This document shows positions 13,105 through 26,631 of a stretch of DNA of 64,000 bases, in pieces. Every line of letters starts with the position of its first letter. Position 1 is the first letter of the stretch. Location: NCBI GenBank assembly GCA_951406725.2, contig OX597826.1, forward strand, positions 65,906,001 to 65,970,000. The letters are read 5' to 3'. The notes under the pieces were generated by a model. That model searched no databases. It saw only the letters and a list, made by a program, of their open reading frames with translations, and had not been told where the DNA came from. Origin of the DNA: Octopus vulgaris. Taxonomy: Eukaryota. The position numbers were made by a program, and so were the translations under genes.

Positions 13105-13719
13105 CACGCCACGCACACAAACACATGTATATGTGAGTGTGTGTGTGTGATTGCGCGCGCGTACAAATATATACATACGCATACATATATAGACACATAT
13201 ACATACATAAATAAATATTGTACGAACAGAAATAAAATTACAATTATAAATGTCTACGCACACAAACTCCTACGGACATGTAAAATATACAACCAAATGA
13301 CCAAATGGAAGCAGGGAACTGTTACCTGCACCGCGTACAGAGAGATCTGAAACGATTATTGGCATATCTATTCATAGTACATCAAGCGGGTTCGGAAGCA
13401 AAATATGCTGATCGCTATAGTGTACCTCATAAGAGAATACATTCTCCATTTTACGACGACGACAGAGTGCTCAACACACTGGCGCACGGCATTCTGGGAC
13501 ACTAGTGTTTCGACATGTTGAGTCTTGGCAACCAGAAGCACTCGGACCTTTGAGCCTAAACGAAGTTGTTGGCTTTGTTTATACCTTCAGCGAACAAACT
13601 GCAGCTCAGTGCTTAGATCTGCCAACAGATAGACGCCGGTGTATTTTAATATACCCGTATTTACATACATGGCTCTATACATACATACACACAGGTATGT
13701 ATAACTGGCTCTTCGTCGG

Positions 13720-14030
13720 TTACAACAATGAGGGTTCCAATTGACCGGATCAACGGAACAGCCTGCTCGTGAAATTAACGTGCAAATAGCTGAGCATTCC
13801 ACGGACACGCGTGACCTTAACGTAGTTCTCGGGGAGATTCAGCATGGCATAGAAATTGACAAGGCTGTCCCCTTTGAAATACAGGTACGACTCATTGTTG
13901 CTAGCTGAGTAGACTGGAGCAACGTGAAATAAAGTGTGTTGCTCAAGGACAAAACGCGTCGCTGGAAATTGAGCTTACGACCTTGCGATCGTGAGCCGAT
14001 TACCCTAAGCACTAAACCACGCGCCTTCAC
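13720..14030 (-). mobile_element. tRNA-derived SINE
   Basis: Minus-strand tRNA-like head GGCGCGTGGTTTAGTG...; GTCCTTGAGCAACACACTT domain; 3' part shared with the 24864-25250 element. Confidence 0.75.
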
Positions 14031-14095
14031 ACAACCAAACCCACACACACACACACATACACTCAAACACATTCACTCACACACACACACACACA

Positions 14096-14237
<142 letters not shown>

Positions 14238-14479
14238 TAGATAAGTGTATGTACATTTTATACATACATACATACATACATAATTATATATTTTTTGATA
14301 ATTTTGTTACATATTTAAATAATATAAATTAATCATATGTATTGGCTTAAGTCTTTCATTGTTTGATTTGCCTAATAGTGGTTTTGTCTCTAATTTAATA
14401 TATATATATATATATATATACTTGTTTACACATATGATATATATACACACATATAGATAGATAGATATAGATATATATT

Positions 14480-14546
<67 letters not shown>

Positions 14547-14630
14547 GGATAGATAGGTAGATAGATAAGTGTATGTACATTATATATATATACATACATA
14601 CATATGTATATCTCGCAATCATTCCCTCCT

Positions 14631-14720
<90 letters not shown>

Positions 14721-14934
14721 GCTCTTGCTTTCCCTCTCGCCCTCTCACTCAAAGGACAATGACATGAAACTCCTCGGAGCGCAACTGAAATAATCAAATT
14801 CCCCGTGGATAAATTTTAGAGGACGCAGAAGACCAATAGTAATTCACTTCGATTCCGGACTTTTCTCGACACTTACTCTGCATATTCTTTCTCACTTCAC
14901 CCTTCCCATCTCACTCTCTCTCCCTCTCTCTCTC

Positions 14935-14971
<37 letters not shown>

Positions 14972-15239
14972 ATCTCTCTCTCTCTCTCTCTCCCGTCAAT
15001 TGCAATACTTAAACTGCCATTCCCGCCTCTTAAATACTAAAATGTATACACACACACACACACAAACTTGCACAGGCATAAACAAACACTTACAAAACTA
15101 CTTGAGCACATGACCTCTAAGTCACGCAAACTTTTATGTGTACAATTACTGTACAATTATTATAAGCGCAAATACTTAACACCAAGCGTGATACACACAC
15201 ACACATATATATATACATATATATATATAGATATATATG

Positions 15240-15301
<62 letters not shown>

Positions 15302-15424
15302 TACATATACATATACATATATAAATATAATATTATATATATATATATATATATATGTATGCATATATATATATAGGTATATCATTATGTGTATATATGT
15401 TTGTGTGCGTGTGTATGTATGTAT

Positions 15425-15867
15425 TATATAGGTAAGTAGAGTTTGCGGTTGGAATAACCGTCAAAGGGATAAGAATATCTGTTATTACTACCGGTATAAA
15501 TTACCTATTTTAACCCTGGGCATGGATATGCAAGCATGCTATGCTCATAGGATACAGGAAATAACAAAATAAATAAGAGTTTATCAGGAATCAAATTTAA
15601 ATTAAGCAGAAAATGGAGAAATATTTTGACCAACCAACGATGGTAGTCAATTAGTTTGTTTATGAAAACTTTTCTCCATTTTCTGCTTAATTTAAATTTG
15701 ATTCCTGATAAACTCTTATTTATTTTGTTATTACCTGTATCCTATGAGCATAATATGCTTGCATACTCATGCCCAGGGTTAACATAGGTAATTTATACCG
15801 GTAGTGAAAACGGATATACTCATCCCTTAGACGGTTATTCTAATCACTAACTCTACTTACCTATATA
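15425..15867. repeat. ~197-bp-arm inverted repeat directly upstream of a Penelope-like body
   Basis: Arms 15425-15621 and 15671-15867; inner part near-identical, outer part diverged; (TA)n flanks; contains AGAAAATGGAGAAA motif. Confidence 0.88.
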
Positions 15868-15934
15868 CATAAGTATATATATATATACCTTATATATATA
15901 TATATACCTATATATATATATATATACTACATGT

Positions 15935-17830
15935 GTGGAACAAGCTTTTACACTTACATATATAGAGTTCTTAAAACATTTAGGACTAAACATTACTATG
16001 GGGAAGGATTATCGTAGAATAAGTTTTCTTGAGGCTACCTTTTGTCTTGATACTGGATTATTTGAACCATTTCATAAACCAAATCATCGTACTAGGTACA
16101 TGAATGTAGCATGCAACCATCCACCCTCGATAATACGAGGATTAGTTAATAATTTCTAATTTATCCACTAATAATAAAATTTTCGAATCACATGCTGCTC
16201 TAGCAAGGGCTGGATACCGTGACAAAGATTCAATATATACAAAAAGCATGCATATACAACACTGGTAATTCCTCCAACTGTGATACACTTTGTACACCAT
16301 CACAACGTCACGGTATGAGAAGTCACTCAGAGAATACAGGCCATGAAGAATTGGTCATGTCAATAAACTACCAACGAAAACTCGTAGACACACGAGACAT
16401 AATAATCCATCTGCTTGTATCACTGTAAATTGTTCCAATCTCGTACATCACACTCGATCAAATAAGCCCAACAACTGATATAATAGTCAGAATGTCTTCT
16501 GGTTCAACCCAATTTTCAGTTCGCATGTTTCAACCAAGATCGTTGGAAAGTTTTCTGATTCTTTGGACAAATATTTTCCTAAATCTAATCGATATCATGT
16601 TATTTTTAATCGGTACTCCGTGAAGGTATCCTACATTAACTCTGTTAATTTAGAGCAGCTTATGCACCACATCAACAATAGTAAAATGCGACAACAGTTC
16701 AACAACCCACCTACAGGATCTAACGAACATACACATTTAAATACCAATAAAGGAGATGTAAACCGCAATGAAAAACACCAATTACGGCCAAATTGTTATA
16801 GTAGAAATACTTATGATATAGTTAACACGGTAACAACGTCGAAAGATGATGTCGGAACTACCACGTATACAAATATGATAAATGCTCATTCAGAGAAAAA
16901 TCAAAATGCCCGATGATGAACCTCTGTATGAGTACAAATCTTGTATATAAATGTACCGTGCACACAAGGGGTGAGCCATATGTTTGCATTAGGCAGATGG
17001 CTGATTCATTTAAGAATCGTTATCGCAACCATGTCGTCAGCTTTAAGAGAATCAGTAAGAGACATTCAACATCTTTGGCCGATTTTGTATAGCGACTGCA
17101 GGAAGATAAAATTAAGTACAACATAACTTAGTCCATAGTAAGGCACGTGAAACCATACAATATCATTTCCAGGAGATACCGATTCTGCTCCAAGGAATCC
17201 TTGTCTCTTCTGTGGACCAATGAGAAGATCATTAATAGAATTTCTGAAATACTTTCAAGATGCCTACACGTATATAAATGTACTTTCGCTCAATGCAGTG
17301 GGAATTAATTTGAGTAACTGCTAACATAATTAAGTTTAAGGTACGGATTAATTAAATTTAGTTTTAACCTCCTCCTTCTTATAAACACCGAATAGCTATT
17401 TAACTCGCTTTGTAATCGTGCGTGCACCAAACCATACGTGTGAGTGTGCTTGCATTTTCGCAGATGCTTGTAAGAGCGAGCGTACACGCGCCATGCAGCT
17501 TGCGCGAGGGCGTTTATACATCCATATCTATTAAAGGTAATTTTTAATACTGTTCTCGCAGTGTTGCGTGTTCGTTTATTTTTGCATCTGCGATTTTATT
17601 TTTGATCTAGATAAATGAAGATATTTTCTTCGTTTTGCTGCTTTTCTTTCTACGAAACGAGAAGATAGATTACGGAACTGTTATTTTAACGAGTTGTATC
17701 TATATATCACCCGATGAGACACATCTGCACCGCCGGATGCTCCTGAACCAGTTGTTAAGTGGTCTACACTTGAGGGGTCGATGCGAGACGTGTCGAAACA
17801 ATTATCGTGATTAATGATAAATTCTCATAT
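15935..17830 (+). mobile_element. Degenerate Penelope-like retroelement (RT C-terminus, GIY-YIG endonuclease, 3' repeat with hammerhead)
   Basis: Broken frames give ISFLEATFCLDTGLFEPFHKPN..YMNVACNHPPSII, WFNPIFS, IFNRYSVKVSY, CIYKCTV, FKNRYRNH..SF, ST.LA and KPYN....C..E, typical of PLE RT and GIY-YIG regions. Confidence 0.88.
17706..17811 (+). ncRNA. Type-I hammerhead motif (CCGATGA core, extended stem II) at the PLE 3' end
   Basis: ATCAC-CCGATGA-GACAC...GTGTC-GAAA-CAATTA-TC-GTGAT. Stem I ATCAC/GTGAT and stem II GACAC/GTGTC pair; the stem III palindrome has one mismatch. Confidence 0.65.
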
Positions 17831-17944
17831 ATTCCATCTTCAGTCTTTCATTTACCGTGTGGGTGTGGGTGTGTGTATGCGTGTATGTGTATGCATATGT
17901 ATACATACATATATATGTGTGTGTATACAATATATACATGTATC

Positions 17945-17989
<45 letters not shown>

Positions 17990-18029
17990 GCATGTGCGTG
18001 CGTGCGCGTGTATATCTATCTATCTATCT

Positions 18030-18067
<38 letters not shown>

Positions 18068-18174
18068 TCGGGGTGAGTACTTGATAATTATAAGCACCTG
18101 TGTATACCGTTTGGTGGTGTAGGTGGTGGAGTAAATTGTTCAAAATAAAATAAAAACATGATGCGAAGGATTCA

Positions 18175-18252
18175 GCGGTACATATGTTTCGGGCCTTTAT
18201 TAGACAGATTTATAACAATGCATAATGTATGTCTGTGGCCTTCTTCAGCCGC
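18175..18252 (-). ncRNA. Type-I hammerhead ribozyme, mirror copy of 19948-20025
   Basis: Reverse complement of the 19948-20025 motif. Confidence 0.82.
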
Positions 18253-19947
18253 GCACAACAGCTTCCACAAGGACATGTGTTACATCAAAAATTCTTGGTT
18301 GGGGATGCAAATCCTCTCATTCACGTACGACATAATGCGGCAGCAGCATAGAGTTGAAGCGTCCATCTCTTTCTTCTCTCAATGTAGAATGAGGAAACTT
18401 GGATGTTGAGGTAATGTAATGTAAATAAATAAATACATATATAGAGGTGAAGATGGAGGGGCGAGAGTAAACTTATTAATACTTTCAAATACTACAATGC
18501 TTAGGTCTTATACCAACTCCCCCATGCAATTTCCTCCCACCCGGTGCAACCTGTCGGCTCCAGCACATCCCGCTTTTTTACTTTTATTTTTACTTTTATC
18601 CTACTTCCATTTATTTTTATTTTTAATTTTATTTTTACTTTTATTCTACTTCCATTTATTCTCATTTTCATTTTCATCCCTTACCTTAACTCTTATAATT
18701 TTTATAATTCTTATACTTCATTTCTAACTATTACATTGTATTTCTTATTTTATACTGTATTTTTTATTTCTAATCTTTACCCCTAACTTATCGCTTTACA
18801 CCTCTATATATGTTTATTTACTTACCTATGGATCCACCTTTTGAATATACGAGCGTCCGCGTACGTGTGTATACGCATACATACATATGCACGCGCATAT
18901 ATGTACATGCATACTTCGATATCTTATAGCTATACCCATGTGCGCGTGTGTCTCTCTGTGTGTGTATATGAGTGTATATGTGCACGCACATACGGACACA
19001 CAGCCGTGTGTGCGTGCGCATATTGACATGAGTACGGGATTCTTTACTTACGTTCTTATACACATCCTTTAATATCTTATACCTGGACCTAGAGGCGTGG
19101 GCATATACGTGTGTGTATGTAGTGATGGGCGCGCGTATATACATGTGAGCGTGTACGCGCGTAATGTCTGTGTATATATGCGGATATTCTGTTGTATGTA
19201 TGTGTGTGTGCGCGCGTGCGTGTGGGTGCGTGTGTGTTTATGTACGTGTTTACACGCGAGTGCGTGTGTATGCTTATAGGCTTGGAGGCGTATACGTACG
19301 CGTGTATGTGGGTGTATGTATCCATGATGATATGTATGTACTAGAAGTCCATTTAATTCAAGGAACCAGATTAAATGCTCATCAGCTCTGATTTACAACG
19401 CATTAAGTCCCCAGACGAAACTGTTGATTTACTGACAATTCTACAACTAAATTTTATCAATCTCATGACCACCATGCTTGGTCCGTAACCTCTATACATC
19501 CCTTATCTTTACATTCTTTTACACTTTTATCATGGTTTTATCAGGTTTTTTTACTTTTATTTCTATTTCTATTCTTACTTTATAACCTTATGCCTTTACA
19601 TTTATTTATATTTCTTTATATTTCTTTATACCCCCTTTACATCTCCTTACAACTCTTTATATCTTTATCCTCTATATTTTTATATTATTCTATACTTACA
19701 CTTTTTATACATTTTTTATCCCTCGTCCCGAACTCTCGCCCCTCCATCTTCACCTCTATATATGTATTTATTTATTTACATTACATTACCTCAACATCCA
19801 AGTTTCCTCATTCTACATTGAGAGAAGAAAGAGATGGACGCTTCAACTCTATGCTGCTGCCGCATTATGTCGTACGTGAATGAGAGGATTTGCATCCCCA
19901 ACCAAGAATTTTTGATGTAACACATGTCCTTGTGGAAGCTGTTGTGC

Positions 19948-20025
19948 GCGGCTGAAGAAGGCCACAGACATACATTATGCATTGTTATAAATCTGTCTAA
20001 TAAAGGCCCGAAACATATGTACCGC
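19948..20025 (+). ncRNA. Type-I hammerhead ribozyme, canonical core
   Basis: GCGG-CTGAAGA-AGGCC...GGCCC-GAAA-CATATG-TA-CCGC: stem I GCGG/CCGC, palindromic stem III ACATATGT, GUA cleavage site. Confidence 0.82.
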
Positions 20026-20063
20026 TGAATCCTTCGCATCATGTTTTTATTTTATTTTGAACA

Positions 20064-20098
<35 letters not shown>

Positions 20099-20754
20099 CA
20101 TACATACATACATACATACATACATACATACACACACACAAACATACATACATATATGCATAGATACGCATGTACGTGCGTGTGCGTGTGTGTTCTAACA
20201 CTTGGAAATGATAAACACTCCAAAAAGCTGAAATAAATTGTAATATACCCATCCCATAAACAAAGAAGAGAACAGATGTTAAATATAAGAGCAGATCTAT
20301 TTCTCTGACTGCAGCCATTGCACGATTTATCAGAAACTCATTGTCTTCATAGTTGAAGAAGAGTGACTCATTAACTGACTGACACTTAAAGCGGTTTCCG
20401 TCCGGATAGAAGAAGCTGCTTTACATAGTTTCAACAGTGCCACAATTGGATATTGAAATCGGTCAATCTCAACTCAATCGAGAAAAAAAAAACTCTTCTT
20501 GAAGAAAATATTTCGAGGAGGTGTTTATTATTTCAGTTAATGATACTCTTTCGAAATAAACAACAATGTAAGCGGAAATAAGTGTCTCATTGAACTATCC
20601 ATTGAAAATTATTATTTGTAATGCAACCAGCGGGAATAACCGTGATTATAAGATTAGCCATTTTCGCTAAATATATTTCTTAAGATAGAAGTCAATAAAA
20701 CTGATGATAAAAAATCTTCAATGCTCTCTCCCCGCAATATATATATATATATAT

Positions 20755-20818
<64 letters not shown>

Positions 20819-20915
20819 TATAAATGTATGTATATATATATGTATGCATGTATGTATATATATATATATGCATTTTTAGAAGCTTTCCTTAGTCCTCCTT
20901 TCTTTCATTTTCTAG

Positions 20916-20968
<53 letters not shown>

Positions 20969-21514
20969 CTGATAGTTGATGAATGATTTAGATATATTTC
21001 TCCATTTTCTCATTTTGTATTATTAATTTATGGTAAAAATAATTTTACCTTTGCCCACCTAATACAGCAAATGAATTAATTGCATCGCAATTCTTAACAT
21101 TTATGTATTAGCTTTGTTGGGCACTTCTCTAGCAGTATATTGGATGTATGTTATCCCATGGAGGGTTGAATTTACAACCCCTATCTCATTTTATAACTAA
21201 AGTTAACCTTTTGAGGAATCGGAATTGCTCATACTTGTGTACTCGAAACATCCACTCATTAATCTAAGTATTGATAGTGTATGTGAATGCACCCTAGTAT
21301 AGTACATTTGTTCCTCCAGGATCATTACTGCTAGTAAAATGGAGAAAATACTAATTAATTCATCAATGAAGGATGTACCCATCCCTACTAAAGACCATTA
21401 CACTAAAGAGCTAATAATCTTAATGCTCTTGTGTAGTGTTTTAATAAAGTATATGATTCGGTATAATCTGATAGTTGATGAATGATTTAGATATATTTCT
21501 CCATTTTCTCATTT

Positions 21515-21546
<32 letters not shown>

Positions 21547-21550
<4 letters not shown>

Positions 21551-21821
21551 CCAGTAGTTAGGGCAGCGGACTCGCTGTTGTAGAATCGCGGTTTCGATTC
21601 CCAGACCGGGCGTTGTGAGTGTTTATTGAGCGAAAATACCTAAAGCTCTACAAGGCTCCGGCAAGGGGTGGTGGCGATCCTTGCTGTACTCTTTCACCAC
21701 AACTTTCTTCTGTTGGCCTACTCGCTGAGCCAGCGGAGTGGTGCCATTTGAAGGCTAAAACAATGCGAAGCGCATTGTGACCAGCGATGTGTAGCAACAT
21801 CTGATAGCCTGGTCGGTCACG

Positions 21822-21825
<4 letters not shown>
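21547..21825 (+). mobile_element. tRNA-derived SINE between (TA)n tracts
   Basis: TGGCCCAGTAGTTAGG A-box-like and GGTTTCGATTCCC B-box-like motifs; head shared with 24864-25250. Confidence 0.8.
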
Positions 21826-21881
<56 letters not shown>

Positions 21882-22237
21882 TTATAAAATGAGATAGGGG
21901 TTGAAAATTCAACCCACCATGGGATAACATATATCCAATATACTGCTAGATAGGTACCCAACAAGACTAATACATAGATGTTAAAAATTGCCAAACAATC
22001 AGTTCATCTATTGTATTATATGGGTAAATGTAATAATATTACCGTAAATTAATACTACAAAATTAGAAAATGGAGAAACATACTTAAATCAATAAAACAT
22101 CAACTATCAGATGATACCCAATCAATACTTTATTACACCATTACATATCAGTAAAGGCATTATACAAAATATACAGTAAATGTAAATAGACAAAGAGATA
22201 TAAGTATAAAATTTCAAATATAATATGGTAATTAAAT

Positions 22238-22356
22238 CAAATCTGACAGCTGTTTCGGCAGCGAGGGCAGTCATACCTCATTTAACCTATAAGCCATAAA
22301 GGCAGGTATAAATGAGGCATTAACAAGGATGCCCCACGGCCTCTTCAGAGAATTAA
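22238..22356 (-). ncRNA. Type-I hammerhead ribozyme motif, canonical core, long stem II insert
   Basis: Minus strand: TCT-CTGAAGA-GGC...GCC-GAAA-CAGCTG-TC-AGA; palindromic stem III ACAGCTGT; GUC triplet. Confidence 0.75.
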
Positions 22357-22542
22357 ATTTGTTATAATTGTGAAAAAAATTATTTATCCATATATTATTA
22401 TTATTATTTTTGACTCCATCTAAGAATATATACAACAGGTATATAGCCCATTGTCTGTATTATAGTGCATTATTGTACCATTCAAAACTTTCTATACTTT
22501 ACAAACAATACACAATGCTTCAAGCGAACTACAATACTCTCC

Positions 22543-22575
<33 letters not shown>

Positions 22576-22583
22576 CATTATAA

Positions 22584-22673
<90 letters not shown>

Positions 22674-23145
22674 GTTGTTGTTGTTGTTGTTATTATTATT
22701 ATTATTATTATTATCATTATTATTATTATTATCATTATTATTATTATTATTATGTCTGTTTACAGGTAGAGAGGGAGAGATGGATAACAAGCGTCATTAA
22801 AATAACTGAATTTTGATGATTTGAGAAGTTGGTGTGGATGTCGAAACAAAGTGTGGAAAACCCAAAAGTCTTCAAGTTCCAGCTCAGTCGTTGGCAATGT
22901 TTATCTTCACCACCCACCCACCCTCTTCCCTCTTCCCTCTCTCCTACTTATGCATCTTACTGGATTAATGGTGAACCCCACAGACATCTGCAATATTCCG
23001 AATAAATATTGATAAAAAAATAAATAAATTTCAAATACCGTTGTGTTTTTAATGAGATGTGAATAAAGAGATGTGTTTACACACGCACGCATGCACACAC
23101 GAGCGCGCGCGCACACACACACACACACACACATATTTACCTCCG

Positions 23146-23315
23146 AGCTAGTAGAAACGTTACGTTCCGAGTTCAAATTCCCGCCGAGGTCGACTTTGAT
23201 TTCATCCCCTCGGGGTCGATAAATTAAGTACCAGTTACGCACTGGGGTCGATGTAGTCGACTTAATCCCTTTGTCTGTCCTTCTGTGTTTAGCCCCTTGT
23301 GGGTAGTAAAGAAAT
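23146..23315 (+). mobile_element. Meta-like SINE with 15-bp target-site duplication
   Basis: ACATATTTACCTCCG at 23131-23145 and 23316-23330. Confidence 0.85.
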
Positions 23316-23321
23316 ACATAT

Positions 23322-23677
23322 TTACCTCCGCCTTAGCGAAGGCGGAGGCATTGTTTTCAGTCGATTCTGTTGGGGTTTTTTTTTGTCCTTTGACAAGATA
23401 TCCCACGAACCACTTGATGGATTCGGATGAAACTTTCAAGGATGTTTGGCCTCATGACTGGCATGAACTGATTAGAAGTGGGGATCGATCCGGTACCAGG
23501 CAAGGATTCTGGATTATTTTTTTTGAGAGCGGTCGGGTTCATTTTTAGTATTCTCGTTTGTGAAAGCAGTCGAGTTTATTTCAAGCATACTCATTTTTAA
23601 AAATAATCTCCGGCTTATCGTTGAGAGGATGTTATTGTTGCCTTGGAGGAGATTTGCGCTCTCTGAGCGATCTAGTT
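23322..23677 (+). mobile_element. Helentron-type non-autonomous rolling-circle element (HINE-like)
   Basis: 5' CCTCCGCC...GGCGGAGG palindrome, sub-terminal copy GGGAGGAGAT, 3' GCGCTCTCTGAGCG hairpin and CTAGTT end. Confidence 0.7.
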
Positions 23678-23712
23678 ATATATATGTGTGTGCGTGTGTG
23701 TGTGTGTGTACA

Positions 23713-23795
<83 letters not shown>

Positions 23796-23920
23796 CGGGA
23801 AGCTTTATGAAAATAATCAAAAGACGAAGGCAGGTTTACGGAAATAAACAAAAGACGAAGGCAGGTGGAATACAAACAAACAATTGTATTAGTATGGCGC
23901 TCAGGAATATAAATAAAACA

Positions 23921-23956
<36 letters not shown>

Positions 23957-23958
23957 TA

Positions 23959-24022
<64 letters not shown>

Positions 24023-24025
<3 letters not shown>

Positions 24026-24424
24026 TAGTTTTATTTTTATAGCGTGCTTTCACTTCACTACCGAGCGCAGCTCTGTGTGCCTTGGGTATGTGCTGTGATT
24101 TGTTGTGATGCTCTGATGGTTATTGTATGGAAAGTGTTCTGCGTAGGATGTGTGCAGTGCCTAGTAGTGCAATTTTCTGTATGTTATATGTGTTTGTAAG
24201 TCCTGGTGTTTTTGTTATGTATTTGTCTGAATATTTTTTTATCATGCCTAATGCACCTACTATGATAGGAATTGTTTCTGTTTTTAGATTCCACATTCTA
24301 GTTACCTCTATTTCCAGGTCTTTGTATTTTGAGAGTTTCTCCATTTCTTTTAGAGACACGTTGTCATCAGCCGGTATTGATACATCAATTAGAAAGCATT
24401 TTTTTCTTCATGATCTCTGACAAC
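24023..24424 (-). mobile_element. 3' fragment of R4/Dong-clade non-LTR retrotransposon (restriction-like endonuclease) inside (TAA)n
   Basis: Minus frame DHEEKKCFLIDVSIPADDNVSLKEMEKLSKYKDLEIEVTRMWN...PIIVGALG...QKIALLGTAHILRR; pure (TAA)n on both sides. Confidence 0.85.
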
Positions 24425-24506
<82 letters not shown>

Positions 24507-24727
24507 GGGGGCTATTCGTAATTTACAACCGGAAGTATAGTCACCACTAAAGTGACGAGGGGTGGTGGTCAGCACCAGCATTGCTAGAAATATGAATCAA
24601 CGAGTTGTTTTGACTCTTATCTCAAAATATATACACATGTGTGTCTGTGCGCGCGCGCGAAAACATACGCAATAGACATAAATACGTGAAATTTACATGT
24701 CTCTACCGATTGAAAACTGATGTGCAG

Positions 24728-24770
24728 TCCTAATCGATTTTCGTTCCTTATTGAGGTCTCATCGGGGTTG
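24728..24770 (-). ncRNA. Partly decayed hammerhead motif (CCGATGA core)
   Basis: Minus strand CC-CCGATGA-GACCT(CAATA)AGGAAC-GAAA-ATCGAT-TA-GG; palindromic stem III AATCGATT; stems I and II are imperfect. Confidence 0.5.
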
Positions 24771-24863
24771 TCTATATCACTTGTCTAAATATCGTTATTT
24801 CAGAGAACTGAAGATATTACCATCTACCATATCAATATATATTAATGAACTGAACATAAATAT

Positions 24864-25250
24864 GGAATGGAAGCACTCCGTCGGTTACGACGACGAGGGT
24901 TCCGGTTGATCCGATCAGCGGAACAGCCTGCTCGTGAAATTAACGTGTAAGTGGCTGAGCACTCCACAGACACGTGTACTCTTCACGTAGTTCTCGGGGA
25001 TATTCAGCGTGACACAGAGAGTGACAAGGCCGGCCCTTTGAAATACAGGTACAACAGAAACAGGAAGTAAGAGTGAGAGAAAGTTGTGGTGAAAGAGTAC
25101 AGCAGGGATCACCACCATCCCCTGCCGGAGCCTCGTGGAACTTTTAGGTGTTTTCGCTCAATAAACACTCACAACGCCCGGTCTGGGAATCGAAACCGCA
25201 ATCCTACGACCGCGAGTCCGCTGCCCTAACCACTGGGCCATTGCGCCTCC
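24864..25250 (-). mobile_element. Full-length tRNA-derived SINE with 12-bp target-site duplication
   Basis: GAACATAAATAT at 24852-24863 and 25251-25262; tRNA-like head at the 25250 end. Confidence 0.88.
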
Positions 25251-26243
25251 GAACATAAATATATTCTTTTATTGTTTTACTTTTCTTTTACTTCAACTTC
25301 TCTCTAGAATCTTCTCTACATCATCTGCCAACAGGACATCACATCGACATCGGTTGTTTCCGGCAGTTCCATTCCTTCGAGTAGCGCCAAGCAGCATTGT
25401 TGCCGCCGGATGATCGTAGCACACTTTGTCCATCCTACAGCGGTCGACTTGTTACGTCGCATTTTATACATCATCTATGATGTTTCCTTAGTATAATTCA
25501 AATCTACTTCATTCAGTGCTAGAATCTGCGTCAGCATGTAAATTAGAAAAAAACATCCCCGAGGATAAAATATAACACAGCTGTACAACGTTATTAATTT
25601 TACACTGTAAGGGAGAAACAGAATAAATTTCAACGTTTCAGACAGATGTTCCTACTTGATGAAACCTCTCACCACCAAGTCAATCTCTAGGCTTCAGATC
25701 TACCCAGGCAGTAATTAAACATATTTAGCATTTTTATTAATGAATTGACAGCTGTTCCACTAGGATATATAAGTTGTAAAGCGTTCATATCAGTAAATTG
25801 GTCTTTTTGTAAGTTGGAGTCACACAACGACAGTAGATAGTTCTTCATTTTGTTGTTGTCGTCGTCGTCGTTGTTGTTGTTGTTGCTGTTGGTAGTGGTG
25901 GTGGTGGTGGTGGTGGTGGTGGTGGTGGTGTCGTCGTCGTCGTCGTCGTTCTGGTTTAGACCTAGATCAAACTTCATCGAAAAGACGTGACCAAACAAAA
26001 ATATCTCTTCTATTGATCGTTGCTGTTGTGGTGCAGCTGGTGATGACGGAGATCTTCTTGCCGTCGTCATCGTTATTGTAGTTGGGGTGGATGTTGTAAT
26101 ATTTTTATCATCTTAATTACTGATTTCTGTCCTGATCCCAATTCATTTAGAAAAAAACAAAACAACTACATCAAACGAAAACTAACAATAATCTTTACAA
26201 TTTTCTGTCTTATTAAAGTCTTGTACTAACATTAACAAAAATA

Positions 26244-26276
<33 letters not shown>

Positions 26277-26280
26277 TCTT

Positions 26281-26333
<53 letters not shown>

Positions 26334-26337
26334 CCTT

Positions 26338-26405
<68 letters not shown>

Positions 26406-26418
26406 ACTACTACTACTT

Positions 26419-26489
<71 letters not shown>

Positions 26490-26508
26490 TCTTCTTCTTC
26501 TACTACTT

Positions 26509-26603
<95 letters not shown>

Positions 26604-26631
26604 TCTTCTTCTTCTTCTACTACTACTACTT

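Larger units (their letters stand above)
18133..20068. mobile_element. Foldback cassette: ~335-bp apparently identical inverted arms (18133-18468 / 19732-20068), PLE pLTR-like
   Basis: The same 83-aa ORF appears on both strands in the track (18158+ and 20042-); each arm carries a hammerhead motif. Confidence 0.88.
20966..22450. mobile_element. Rearranged Penelope-like terminal repeats with ORF start, interrupted by a SINE
   Basis: Direct repeat 20968-21018 / 21468-21518; diverged inverted copy 21881-22112; ATG at 21339 gives MEKILINSSMKDVPIPTKDHY, resembling the PLE N-terminal S.K.IPIP motif. Confidence 0.65.

Noticed and set aside
18158-18409. 83-aa ORF duplicated at 19791-20042
   Set aside because: The identity reflects the inverted repeat; no recognisable protein features, and it overlaps the ribozyme motif.
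21547-21612. tRNA-like sequences (also at 25185-25250 and other SINE heads)
   Set aside because: They continue into SINE bodies and lack a complete cloverleaf; not functional tRNA genes.
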